Sequence record: SRR31156797_7944
DNA: 64,000 nucleotides
Direction: 5' to 3' (one strand)
Position 1 is the first letter of the stretch, and the number at the start of each line of letters is the position of its first letter. Below are positions 8,821 to 17,642 of the stretch, piece by piece. The notes under the pieces were generated by a model. That model did no database searches and was not told the origin of the DNA. It saw nothing but the letters and a program-made list of their open reading frames with translations. The position numbers and the translations under genes were made by a program.

Positions 8821-9359
8821 AGGGCCTCCAGCTTTTTGAATTTAAAGTACTCCTCCCGGCTTACACCTTCGGGAATCTCCGGTTCCTCCTCAACGGCGGT
8901 TGAGTTACTTTCTGATTTCTGCTGTTCCTGAACAATGGAAATCACTGGATCATGTTCTTCAAACTTCAGAGAAACAGACAGTGAATCATCCTCATTTGAT
9001 TCGGTGGCCGAGAGGTCCAGAAAAAGCATATGGCGGATACCAAATGACTTAAAAAGATCACCCTGAACCGCATATACAACGGGTGTGTCATTCTCCAGTT
9101 TTTTAAAAGCCGAATTGATTATGCCGAGGTTCTCATACCTGGTTCTTCCCTGCTCCTCATTTTCGGTGAGGATCAAGGTTAAATCGATCCCTGAATCATC
9201 GTAGCCTGAGAATACTTTTTTCTTGCCGCTGCTTCCTTCGGGCTGAGCCTTATCGATAACCATTTTGCCTTTTACGCTCAACTGGGTTATCTGTCCGGGG
9301 AGCTTCTTTCCCCCGATATTTAATGCTCCGTTCTTTTCAACACGAATCAGGCTACTCAT
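8817..9359 (-). CDS. Tail tube initiator-like protein
   Basis: Directly after the tape measure gene; beta-rich tube-like composition. Confidence 0.5.
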   Translation of the reverse strand: MSSLIRVEKNGALNIGGKKLPGQITQLSVKGKMVIDKAQPEGSSGKKKVFSGYDDSGIDLTLILTENEEQGRTRYENLGIINSAFKKLENDTPVVYAVQGDLFKSFGIRHMLFLDLSATESNEDDSLSVSLKFEEHDPVISIVQEQQKSESNSTAVEEEPEIPEGVSREEYFKFKKLEAL

Positions 9360-11503
9360 ACGGCCTCCTGATTCGGATCAGGAATCCTATCCGTTTCTTC
9401 CTTCAGGAGAGCGAGGTAGTCTAACAGGCTGGGAAAATCTTTCAGATCATCAAAAGATATTGAAATATTATAGACATTTGAGGTCTGGCCCTTCGCCCCT
9501 TTACTTCCTTTAAACAATTCGGCAAGACCGGCCATCAATGATTTGCCTCCGCCTCTCCCGGGGAAATCAATGACATTTCCGATATCCTGGAATTTTCCTG
9601 ATACGGCCCCGAATAAAGAGTTCTCACTACTCAGACCAGAGGCCATGGTGCCGGTGATGGCGGCGCCTGCATGGGTCAGCCTTGAAAAGGGGCCTTCGGA
9701 AGCATTGGAATGGGGGATCAGTTTATCAACCTGGTTGAACTGATCGGATGCGGCGTTATAGAGGGAATGGTCGGCGGCAAGGCCGTCGGCCATCGTCGAT
9801 CCGAGGGCTTCACCTCCGCTTTTACCGAATATGCCCCCGATCTTTTCGCCAACCCATTCAAAGGGCGCGGCGATCTTCTCTCCTATTCCCTTGATCCAGT
9901 CGACAAAGGATGAGAACCAGGCTTTGACTGTGTCCCAGTTCTTTATCAGAAGATAAGCTCCCCCGGCTACGGCCGCGATAGCACCAATGACTGCGTAGAT
10001 AGGCCAATACACAGCCATATGGGCGGCGGCCACACCCCACATAGTTCCGGCCCATGTCATAGCGGAAGGAATGAAGCCAATAACACTTTTTCCGACATTG
10101 AGCATACCGGCACCGACTCCTATCAGGTTAGTTCGGATGATGCTGAGCCCGCTGGACATAACTGTCATAATGGCGGGGCCTTTTTCCATCAGGCTGATAA
10201 AGCTGAGGAGGCCGGTTGAGGACTGAAGAGCAAAATTTGCAACACCCGCCAGTGAGCCTGTAAGCTGGATCGCTCCGCCAGCCAGGCCTGCAACTGATTT
10301 CCCAACGACAGGGATATCCGTAGCCCAGTTGAGAAGCTGAACACCTGCCAGAGCCATCGATGTCCCCATGCCTTTGACGGCATTTGATCCCGTGCCGACT
10401 CTACTTTGAAAGACCTGAACAGCGTTATTCAGCCGTTCCTGCTTGGTGGTCAGGGTTTCGGACATCCTTGAAGCGTTCTGCAGAGTAATGCCGGCAGAGC
10501 CGTTTACGTAGTCATAACCGCTTTTCAGATCGTTGAGATTCTCAGTAAGCAGTCCGATAGCCGGTCCTGCCTCGGTTCCGAATGCGGCGATGAGTTCCTG
10601 GCCGCTGGCTCCGGCGGCGCTTATGTTTTCAAAGGTTCTTATCAGATCCAGCCCGCCGTCAGCGGTCCGAGCGATCCCGAATCCCAGCTTTTCACTGGCA
10701 TTGCCGAGCTGGGCGATTACACTCTTCAATGCGGTTCCTGCTTCAGGGCCGGTTATCATATTGGAGTTTAACTGACCGATGGAAGCTGACAGCTGTGCCA
10801 GAGGAATCTTATTGCTCACGGCAATGCCAGAGACATTCTTTAAACCGTCGGTGTACTGCTGCAGGTTTTCAAAAGCAAAATAGTTCTGGGTTCCGGCGAT
10901 GATATCCGAAAGCCTGGTCATCTCCTGACCGGCCTCGGCCGATTTGTTCCCCAGGTTGTTATAGATGCCGGTCAATGCGGAGGCGGCACCCTGCATATGC
11001 CCGCCTGTTGCCTTCGCGAGGAGCGCTGCCTGCTCTGTAGCGGCAATTCCCTGTTCGGCACTCAGGCCGGAGGACAGCATCGTATAGACAGAACTCTTGA
11101 AGGTTTCAGCAGCAACGGAAGTGAGTTTACCGGCGTCAGAAACACCCCCCGCCATCCTGTCGGCTGCGCTTTCAATGATTCCCATGGTGGCCGCCGTATC
11201 TCCGCCAATGGCGTTCACCTCATTAAGAACGGTGGATACCCTGGCCATGGCGTCCTGGTTGGCCGAGGCAACCTGCCCGGGTACGGCTGTCATAGACTGC
11301 AGCTGATTAGTAAACTGATTCATCTGCATGGATACAACGGAGAGATCTCTGGCTACAGCCATCATGCCGCTGCCGTTTTGGATCTCCTTGGCCGCCCCGG
11401 CGATTTTCGCCTGGGAACCGGCGAGGCTTCCTGTTGCTGATTTGAACCCGGCGGAGAACTGATCTTTAAACTGTAATGTGACGCTGCTGATCAGTGAACT
11501 CAA
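9356..11503 (-). CDS. Tail tape measure protein
   Basis: 715 aa Ala/Gly-rich; 'GPEAGTALK', 'FGTEA', 'LIKNWDTVKAWF' motifs. Confidence 0.9.
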   Translation of the reverse strand: MSSLISSVTLQFKDQFSAGFKSATGSLAGSQAKIAGAAKEIQNGSGMMAVARDLSVVSMQMNQFTNQLQSMTAVPGQVASANQDAMARVSTVLNEVNAIGGDTAATMGIIESAADRMAGGVSDAGKLTSVAAETFKSSVYTMLSSGLSAEQGIAATEQAALLAKATGGHMQGAASALTGIYNNLGNKSAEAGQEMTRLSDIIAGTQNYFAFENLQQYTDGLKNVSGIAVSNKIPLAQLSASIGQLNSNMITGPEAGTALKSVIAQLGNASEKLGFGIARTADGGLDLIRTFENISAAGASGQELIAAFGTEAGPAIGLLTENLNDLKSGYDYVNGSAGITLQNASRMSETLTTKQERLNNAVQVFQSRVGTGSNAVKGMGTSMALAGVQLLNWATDIPVVGKSVAGLAGGAIQLTGSLAGVANFALQSSTGLLSFISLMEKGPAIMTVMSSGLSIIRTNLIGVGAGMLNVGKSVIGFIPSAMTWAGTMWGVAAAHMAVYWPIYAVIGAIAAVAGGAYLLIKNWDTVKAWFSSFVDWIKGIGEKIAAPFEWVGEKIGGIFGKSGGEALGSTMADGLAADHSLYNAASDQFNQVDKLIPHSNASEGPFSRLTHAGAAITGTMASGLSSENSLFGAVSGKFQDIGNVIDFPGRGGGKSLMAGLAELFKGSKGAKGQTSNVYNISISFDDLKDFPSLLDYLALLKEETDRIPDPNQEAV

Positions 11504-11504
11504 T

Positions 11505-11533
11505 TTGAATTATCCTCATGCCGGGGGTATAAT
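11505..11533 (+). promoter_or_regulatory. Sigma70-like promoter for the antisense moron
   Basis: TTGAAT(11505-11510)-N17-TATAAT(11528-11533); ATG follows 6 nt later (leaderless geometry). Confidence 0.7.
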
Positions 11534-11539
11534 GGGGTT

Positions 11540-11776
11540 ATGTGGAAATTATTTAAATCATGGCTGGGAGAAATGAAGAAACTGGCTCTCTTTCTTACGA
11601 AAGGGGTGCTGAACGTGTTTGATCTTTTTTTCCTGATTGTCTGTCTTGTGTCGTTCATACCCGGTCCTATTTATGGAATAGCTATGGTCGCGGTTTATCT
11701 CTTAATCAGGAAACTTGTCTGGTCTGGTTTCGATAGTATCAGCCGCCCTCGAAAGCCTGACAAATCGCCTGAGTAA
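11540..11776 (+). CDS. Small membrane protein moron (candidate superinfection exclusion)
   Basis: 78 aa with hydrophobic helical hairpin; opposite strand to the tail operon; own promoter. Confidence 0.65.
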   Translation: MWKLFKSWLGEMKKLALFLTKGVLNVFDLFFLIVCLVSFIPGPIYGIAMVAVYLLIRKLVWSGFDSISRPRKPDKSPE

Positions 11777-11906
11777 TCACCCCGACTTCCATTTCTCTTA
11801 CTGCTTCAGCCTCCCTGATCATTACCATCGCTTCATCATAAGGAAGGGAGGAGATATCAACCTTCAGGAACCGCCTTACAAAGAGGCGGTCCCTGGCGGC
11901 ATCTGT
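11739..11906 (-). CDS. Probable frameshift extension (gpT-like) of the tail assembly chaperone
   Basis: -1 frame open across the chaperone stop: TDAARDRLFVRRFLKVDISSLPYDEAMVMIREAEAVREMEVGVITQAICQAFEGG*. Confidence 0.55.
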   Translation of the reverse strand, partial: TDAARDRLFVRRFLKVDISSLPYDEAMVMIREAEAVREMEVGVITQAICQAFEGG

Positions 11907-12262
11907 CAGAGCTTCTCGCTGCTGACCTCTTCGACATCCCCTCCGAAATAAGGGAGGACGTTTTTAAGTACCCAGCGGTCAACCGCTACAGGGCAGGGGC
12001 CCAGCTGCTTGGCAATGTCGGTACCCGTGGGGTAAACCACCATTCCGACTATCAGGTTCTGATTTGCTACGGCTCCGCCCATCTTGACCATGTCGGACTG
12101 AAAGGCTTCGTAGTCTTCGAAGGCGGGTTTGCGGTGGACGAATTCGATGTTTTTCTCCGCCTTGTTTTCGTCCCTGTACTTAATACGGCCCTTGAAGACA
12201 TCGCCATGGCTTTTCTTCAGCTCTTCAATTTTCTCTTTACTCAGTCCTTCCATTTTCCTCAC
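11906..12262 (-). CDS. Tail assembly chaperone
   Basis: Between the tube and tape measure genes; 'IEELKKSHG...FVHRKP' pattern. Confidence 0.75.
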   Translation of the reverse strand: MRKMEGLSKEKIEELKKSHGDVFKGRIKYRDENKAEKNIEFVHRKPAFEDYEAFQSDMVKMGGAVANQNLIVGMVVYPTGTDIAKQLGPCPVAVDRWVLKNVLPYFGGDVEEVSSEKL

Positions 12263-12280
12263 TCCTTGAATATGGTTTTG

Positions 12281-12712
12281 TTACGCCTTGGGGGCTACAA
12301 CAGGAATACCGCCGAATATGGGAATCTCGGTGATCTTCCCTTTGATCTTCATGCGGATCTCTGAGTCCTTTTTCATCTCCCGGGGTGTTTCGGTGATCTT
12401 GACCACAATCTCATCAATGATTTTGGGCTTGGCCCCATCCCCCATGGTTACGGTTATGGGGAAAGGAGGTGCCCCGAGTATTCCGGTTACGGCGCAGGAC
12501 TTGTTCAGCTTTTCAAACTGATCGATGGACATGTCCATTTCAAAGCTGCAGTCCAGGCCTTTCCTTATAAAGCCACGGGGATTACCCTGGCTATCCGTAA
12601 GGATATCGATATCCTTTTTGACATCGTATTTGATCTCCTCACAGGTGCCATAGAGCCCTGTGGGGAGCATGATTTTCGTCGACTGGAAATCGTACTCAAT
12701 GCCGTTAATCAT
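12281..12712 (-). CDS. Tail tube protein
   Basis: 'MINGIEYDF' start, 143 aa, follows the sheath gene. Confidence 0.75.
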   Translation of the reverse strand: MINGIEYDFQSTKIMLPTGLYGTCEEIKYDVKKDIDILTDSQGNPRGFIRKGLDCSFEMDMSIDQFEKLNKSCAVTGILGAPPFPITVTMGDGAKPKIIDEIVVKITETPREMKKDSEIRMKIKGKITEIPIFGGIPVVAPKA

Positions 12713-14145
12713 TATTCAAGACCTCCTGAGATAACGGGGTTGTAATAGGAAAACTCGTTTTCAATCCAGGACATCTTTCCCCGGGGGATGAGTCTTACCT
12801 TGGTAATAATCTTGTCCGTCGAAAGGATGTTCTGCCCCTCGGGTATGACCACCTGGCCTTCGGAAATCTTCCCGTCTTTCTCCATGTCCTTGAGGGGCTG
12901 TTCTGATACCTTCCTGAACATTCCAATGCCCTCCAGGGAACCGTCTGCTCCGACTTCCACGGTATCGTTGATGTAGAGGAACTGGGCGTTCTTAACCTTC
13001 TTCAGGGCCTGGTCCATTACCCGCCGTCTTTCCTCAAGACGAAAATCGCTGGAAACGGGGGCCGTCATCCGTCCATGGGTGACATAGACTCCTGTCTCCC
13101 CCTCATAGGTACAGAAAGTGGCATAACCCGCATTGTCCAGGGCATCGATATACCCGCCGTTTATGCCTTCGGGGAGGAGCTTTATTACTCCGGGGATTGC
13201 ACCGTACCTGGTGGCGTCTACCGGTTCATGGACATCACGGCGGGCGCTCATTCCGCTGCCGAGGCCGATACACCCGCGCTGATCCACAGCGCCGTAGGGA
13301 TCGGATTCCTCAACCCACCCGGCATAGACCTGTACCCGGGTGCTGGCGGTCGTGCCTCTTTCGGCTCCGTTAAGGGCGGCCACCCACTGGTCGACGGTTT
13401 CACCCTCGTTTATGAACCTTGCCTGGCATTTGATATGAAAGTACTGACCTTTCTCAGCGGCTCCCGTCACTTTGACATCGAGGGCGGCCCAGAGCGCGGC
13501 GTCGGAAACACCGGCGATGGAGATCCATTCGAAAGCATTACCCGAGGAGATTAAGGTGTCCACGGCTGCCAACACTTCGGCGTTACTGGCCTGGGGCGCT
13601 GTAGTGCTGAAGCTGAAAGTGTCTCCGGCTTCAAAGCTCTTTTCCTCACCTGCAGGAGCCCCGGCGCTGAATGTCACGTTTATTCCTGTATCGGGAATCA
13701 CATAGACGCCGTCGCCTTCGGGGACGGTAATCTGGCCGGAAGAGACGCCGTCTTTTACATAATGGAAGACGGCCTCATTGAGCCCTCCGCCTTCGTCAAT
13801 GACGATCTGAAAATCATACTCATTCCGGGGATCCCCGGTCAGGGAGATCAAACCGACTCCGGTATTGTCTGCCGTAACCTTGACGGCGCCTTTTGTCCCT
13901 GCGACCGAACCGGCGAGAGAGATGACATAGCAGGTCGTATCCGCAAGAGAAAGTGCGGATACAAGCAGATCCCGTAGCGGCCCGTCGGCTAATGCCTTGT
14001 GAGCTACTTCAGGATCGTTGAGGATCAGAATCCCGCCTGAGGGGATGGCTGAAACACCTACGGCGCAAAAGACTCCCGTGGCATCAGCGCCCTGCGCTCC
14101 CAGGGCTCCGTCATTGATACTGTTCTTGACTCCGCCTCTGCTCAT
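12712..14145 (-). CDS. Tail sheath protein (DUF2586-like)
   Basis: 477 aa; 'ALDNAGY', 'SDFRLEERRRVMD', 'GQNILST' sheath motifs. Confidence 0.85.
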   Translation of the reverse strand: MSRGGVKNSINDGALGAQGADATGVFCAVGVSAIPSGGILILNDPEVAHKALADGPLRDLLVSALSLADTTCYVISLAGSVAGTKGAVKVTADNTGVGLISLTGDPRNEYDFQIVIDEGGGLNEAVFHYVKDGVSSGQITVPEGDGVYVIPDTGINVTFSAGAPAGEEKSFEAGDTFSFSTTAPQASNAEVLAAVDTLISSGNAFEWISIAGVSDAALWAALDVKVTGAAEKGQYFHIKCQARFINEGETVDQWVAALNGAERGTTASTRVQVYAGWVEESDPYGAVDQRGCIGLGSGMSARRDVHEPVDATRYGAIPGVIKLLPEGINGGYIDALDNAGYATFCTYEGETGVYVTHGRMTAPVSSDFRLEERRRVMDQALKKVKNAQFLYINDTVEVGADGSLEGIGMFRKVSEQPLKDMEKDGKISEGQVVIPEGQNILSTDKIITKVRLIPRGKMSWIENEFSYYNPVISGGLE

Positions 14146-14435
14146 TCACTTGCCTCCTGCTCTTCCTTCTTGGGCTCTTCAGCCTGGGGGGCTCCTCCGC
14201 TGATCGAAGACTTGCCAAAGGCTTCGACGGCCTTACCGAACTCCTCGGCACTGACTCTCTTCCCGGCTCGCCATTTCATCCGAACGCACACACCGGCGAA
14301 TATAGCCGGGTCTACACCGACGGCCAGTTCTTCGATGGTGGGCTTGTCCTTTTCGGGGGTCTTCTGAGCCCCGGTGTTACCGCCCTGGTCCTGTGTTTGG
14401 GGTTGGCTCGCTGTGTTCGATTTTGCTTTCGCCAT
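14142..14435 (-). CDS. Small phage protein preceding the sheath gene
   Basis: ORF with RBS, overlapping the sheath start. Confidence 0.55.
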   Translation of the reverse strand: MAKAKSNTASQPQTQDQGGNTGAQKTPEKDKPTIEELAVGVDPAIFAGVCVRMKWRAGKRVSAEEFGKAVEAFGKSSISGGAPQAEEPKKEEQEASE

Positions 14436-14450
14436 GTATTCCTCCTGGGA

Positions 14451-15356
14451 TTACTCGTTATCCGATTCGGTTGTTGCTGATCTGAAAACGGGAACCTGTA
14501 CGGGTTCACCTCCAATCTGGGCGAAGAGGTTCAGGCCTATCCTGAACACAGCTGCTCCGCTGTCATCATTCGCGGGGCTGGCCTTAATGATCTTCACCTT
14601 CTTGTTAAGACCCTCTTCAGAGTCAGAAAAAGAAAGTAGGGGAATTAGGGCCGTTCCCATACTTTCCGCTTCCGCCTCATCCCGGCCCCAACATTCAATC
14701 TCCATAGGGAGATCAAAAGCGCCGGTTACCTGTCGTGACCAGAGTGTATTCTCACTATCCGTGAACTTCACGGGTCCGGCCTGATCAGTTTCAAACTGAC
14801 CGGAACCGGGAGTTATTAAGAACAAAGGGGGCTCTGATTCCGCCCGGATCAGGGTCCGCTCTGCTTCTGTTCCACCGATGGGAACGCCTGCGAAGGAACC
14901 GTCGATAAGGCCCCTGATCCGCTGAATCTCCTTACGAATCGGTCCTCCTGTTTCTCCAGAAAGATCACCTTTCATAAGATGGGGCCATAGGGCCGCGAAG
15001 CCCCAGAGTCTGGCTCCGATCTTGGAGGACTCGTTGTCATATAAAGAACGGGACGACACATTTAGTACGGGCTGTCCCACCCCGGGAAGATGCCGGAGGG
15101 CCCCCGTTACCAGGTCGGCCAGTTCAAGAAGTCCTTTGTCTGTCGACTTCATCAAGAGGTAGGCGGCCAGCTTAATGCCGTCTTTCCCGGAGGAAAGAGC
15201 CGACACAAGAACACTCGGGGTTGATGTGTATAACCTCTTGATTTCAGCTGTAGAAAAAGCACCGTCATATTCGGTTACTACAACCTTGGGCCTCCACGCG
15301 GAAAGTCCCTCCGATATTGCGGCGGCTGCTTTTTGCCTGGCTGAAACCAGCGTCAT
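14451..15356 (-). CDS. Tail terminator/gp37-like neck protein, extended
   Basis: N-terminal 'YDGAFSTAEIKRL...TPSVLVS' resembles Mu gp37/DUF1834; synteny. Confidence 0.5.
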   Translation of the reverse strand: MTLVSARQKAAAAISEGLSAWRPKVVVTEYDGAFSTAEIKRLYTSTPSVLVSALSSGKDGIKLAAYLLMKSTDKGLLELADLVTGALRHLPGVGQPVLNVSSRSLYDNESSKIGARLWGFAALWPHLMKGDLSGETGGPIRKEIQRIRGLIDGSFAGVPIGGTEAERTLIRAESEPPLFLITPGSGQFETDQAGPVKFTDSENTLWSRQVTGAFDLPMEIECWGRDEAEAESMGTALIPLLSFSDSEEGLNKKVKIIKASPANDDSGAAVFRIGLNLFAQIGGEPVQVPVFRSATTESDNE

Positions 15357-15811
15357 AATATCCCTCCGGATTCCCGTTCGATAAAATCATCAATAAGCTC
15401 GGATAAAAGCTCTGCGTCATCCGGGCCGATACCAAGGTGCTGCCGTGCCGGGAGGTTTATCTCAGGCCTCCCCTTGTCCTGCGCCCTGGCATATACCAAG
15501 GGACTCCCCCAGGTGATTCCTTCATGGGTGATTTCGAAAGTGGTTGACTCCTGTAATCGGGCATTTGGCCCCATCAGGAGAGAAGCGCCGGGCGCCTTTT
15601 TCTTCCGTCTGGCCCCGTAACGGTCTGACCAATCTTCCCAGTTGTTTCCTTCGGGATCTTTCTTTGTCTCAAACCGCTCTTTGATCTGGCCTTCGACTTC
15701 GATTCCCATTTCATCAAGCAGCTTTCCGATATCCATACCTGCGGCTCTCTGGAAAGCCGCACTCAGCTTTTCCAGTTCGCTTATGTCCAGGTAGAAATCA
15801 GATCCTGCCAC
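15353..15811 (-). CDS. Virion morphogenesis protein (Mu gpG / tail S family)
   Basis: 'RFETKKDPEGNNW', 'GSPLVYAR', 'LPARQHLGI' motifs. Confidence 0.85.
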   Translation of the reverse strand: MAGSDFYLDISELEKLSAAFQRAAGMDIGKLLDEMGIEVEGQIKERFETKKDPEGNNWEDWSDRYGARRKKKAPGASLLMGPNARLQESTTFEITHEGITWGSPLVYARAQDKGRPEINLPARQHLGIGPDDAELLSELIDDFIERESGGIL

Positions 15812-16207
15812 CTATTCCGCCGCTCCTCTCTTGAAACCTGATATTCCTTCAAGGAGCTCGGCCCCTTCTTCCTCCAGGGCTTCCGGTCCTTCTCCATCCG
15901 ATCCTAGGGCGATCAACAACTTGATCGCCGAATTAAAGCGTTTCCTGGCATCCTCTTCCCCGGCCATGTCGGTAAGGTAGTAGAGCGCCAGGTCCCGCGT
16001 GATGGGCTTTAGCGAATCCGCCAGCCTCGGCGGTGGGCTGATAGCCGTGCCTTCACTGTCCAGAAGATCGGGGAGGTATGTCCTGATAACACCGGACGCG
16101 TCCTCAAGGGCTGCTGTTACACGGGCCTGATTGATTGATCCGTCCTCAAGGAGCGGGAGCTTTTCCCCCTCCCTGAGAACGAAATCCTCATAGCTCAGGT
16201 AGATCAT
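15812..16207 (-). CDS. Head-tail adaptor (Mu gp36/DUF1320)
   Basis: 'ALEDASGVIRTYL...DLALYYL' motif. Confidence 0.8.
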   Translation of the reverse strand: MIYLSYEDFVLREGEKLPLLEDGSINQARVTAALEDASGVIRTYLPDLLDSEGTAISPPPRLADSLKPITRDLALYYLTDMAGEEDARKRFNSAIKLLIALGSDGEGPEALEEEGAELLEGISGFKRGAAE

Positions 16208-16545
16208 TCTTCAGCGTTGGAGTCTTTCCGCTCCAGCTTGATATTGGGATCAGCGTCCAGAGCGGCAAGCTGCTCCTCTGTTACGCCGTAGCTCCCCATC
16301 TCGGATGTGAAGCGGAGACCGGCGCGGCGGTAGCTCTCCCGTCCGGTTGTGCTTCTGGCAAAGATCTTGATCTTACCGTCCTTATCCTCCGAAGCGTCTT
16401 CAAGCGCGGTGATTTCCTCTTCAAGGGCCTTGATCTTCTTGGCCAGCGCGGCTTTCTTATTTCCGTTCTGGGCCTTATCCCTGTCTTCCTTCAGCTTGGC
16501 AAGCTGGGTGTGAAGTCCATCCATTTTTTCCTTGTTCTCGTCCAA
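16204..16545 (-). CDS. Mu-like head accessory protein (HI1506-like C-terminus)
   Basis: 'YRRAGLRFT...TEEQLAALDADPNI' motif. Confidence 0.65.
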   Translation of the reverse strand: MDENKEKMDGLHTQLAKLKEDRDKAQNGNKKAALAKKIKALEEEITALEDASEDKDGKIKIFARSTTGRESYRRAGLRFTSEMGSYGVTEEQLAALDADPNIKLERKDSNAEE

Positions 16546-16549
16546 AAGG

Positions 16550-16717
16550 TTACCTCCGAATAATATGGATCAAGACCATAACCGCATAATAGGGCCAGAA
16601 CAGTGTCACCCTGGCTATCAGGGGCCAGTCCATGTTTTCCCCAAACGCGAAGTTAATCAGGGCCTGAATCAGGAAACCGATAAGGGCCCCGCAGCAATAT
16701 ACAATCAGAAAAATCAT
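16550..16717 (-). CDS. Small membrane protein immediately after the capsid gene
   Basis: AAGGA RBS; two hydrophobic segments with a 'FWP' motif. Confidence 0.5.
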   Translation of the reverse strand: MIFLIVYCCGALIGFLIQALINFAFGENMDWPLIARVTLFWPYYAVMVLIHIIRR

Positions 16718-16727
16718 GATGCTTTCC

Positions 16728-17639
16728 TTACAGCCAGCGGCAAACCAGAACTTCAACAGCCTTATAGTTGGGGTTACTGCCGCCTCCGTCCTTCTTTTCA
16801 GCCTCGATCAGCGCCATGGCTGCGGCTCTGTTTTCGGGGGTAACAACCAGAAGGTTGGGCTGCAGGCCGAGCTTGGCACCGCCGTCCCTTGTGAAGGACA
16901 TCATCCTCTTGTAGGCTTCGTTGAAGTTCGCTTCGTTCAGCTCACCCCGGCATCCAATGGCCTGCTGCCAGAATCCATAACCGAATGCCCGGCGGACTCT
17001 AGCACCGTACAGGTACTGGTCCTTCATAAAGACCGTTTCCTGTTTGGAATCGGTGATGACTTCCAGTTCGGGTTTGGTCCTCTCCTGAAAGATCAGGGGC
17101 TTCACAGGGCGGCTGGTGTCCAAGAGGTACCAGGCGGGTTTATCCGTGACCAGCTCGTCGACGATGTTGCTTACAGAGCTGTCCGCGCCCGAACCATCTA
17201 CTTCAGCATTGATGGGGTGGTCCGTATCGAAAAAGTTCTGACCGTCGTAACAGAGGTTGGCAAAACCGGCCGGGAGGAGGCCGAACACTTCTCTGTCGAT
17301 ATGCTCCTGAACCTCCTGCCCCATGGCTTCAAACAGGGGATTATAGATCCCCATGTTGTCGTCTTCGATGTCCGTTCTTTCAACCTCAACGGTACCTTCA
17401 AACTTGTCGTTGGTGATGGTATACCCTTTCTCCCTGATGGACTTGAGGACTCTGTCCCCGACCCACTTTCTGAGCATGGGGAACTTCTCCAACCAGCCGT
17501 AGGTGTTCTCTTTGGAGGTGGAGGGTACGAGGGTTGCCACCTTGTTCCACTGGGTGGGGGCGGAATTCAGTGCTTTCTGGAAGATCCCGACAAAGAGCTT
17601 CCGCATGGTATCCAGAATTGCCGACTTAATTACAGCCAT
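16728..17639 (-). CDS. Mu-like major head subunit gpT
   Basis: 'YGWLEKFPMLRKWVGDR', 'CYDGQNFFDTDHP', 'KPLIFQER', 'GYGFWQ' motifs. Confidence 0.95.
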   Translation of the reverse strand: MAVIKSAILDTMRKLFVGIFQKALNSAPTQWNKVATLVPSTSKENTYGWLEKFPMLRKWVGDRVLKSIREKGYTITNDKFEGTVEVERTDIEDDNMGIYNPLFEAMGQEVQEHIDREVFGLLPAGFANLCYDGQNFFDTDHPINAEVDGSGADSSVSNIVDELVTDKPAWYLLDTSRPVKPLIFQERTKPELEVITDSKQETVFMKDQYLYGARVRRAFGYGFWQQAIGCRGELNEANFNEAYKRMMSFTRDGGAKLGLQPNLLVVTPENRAAAMALIEAEKKDGGGSNPNYKAVEVLVCRWL

Positions 17640-17642
17640 ATT

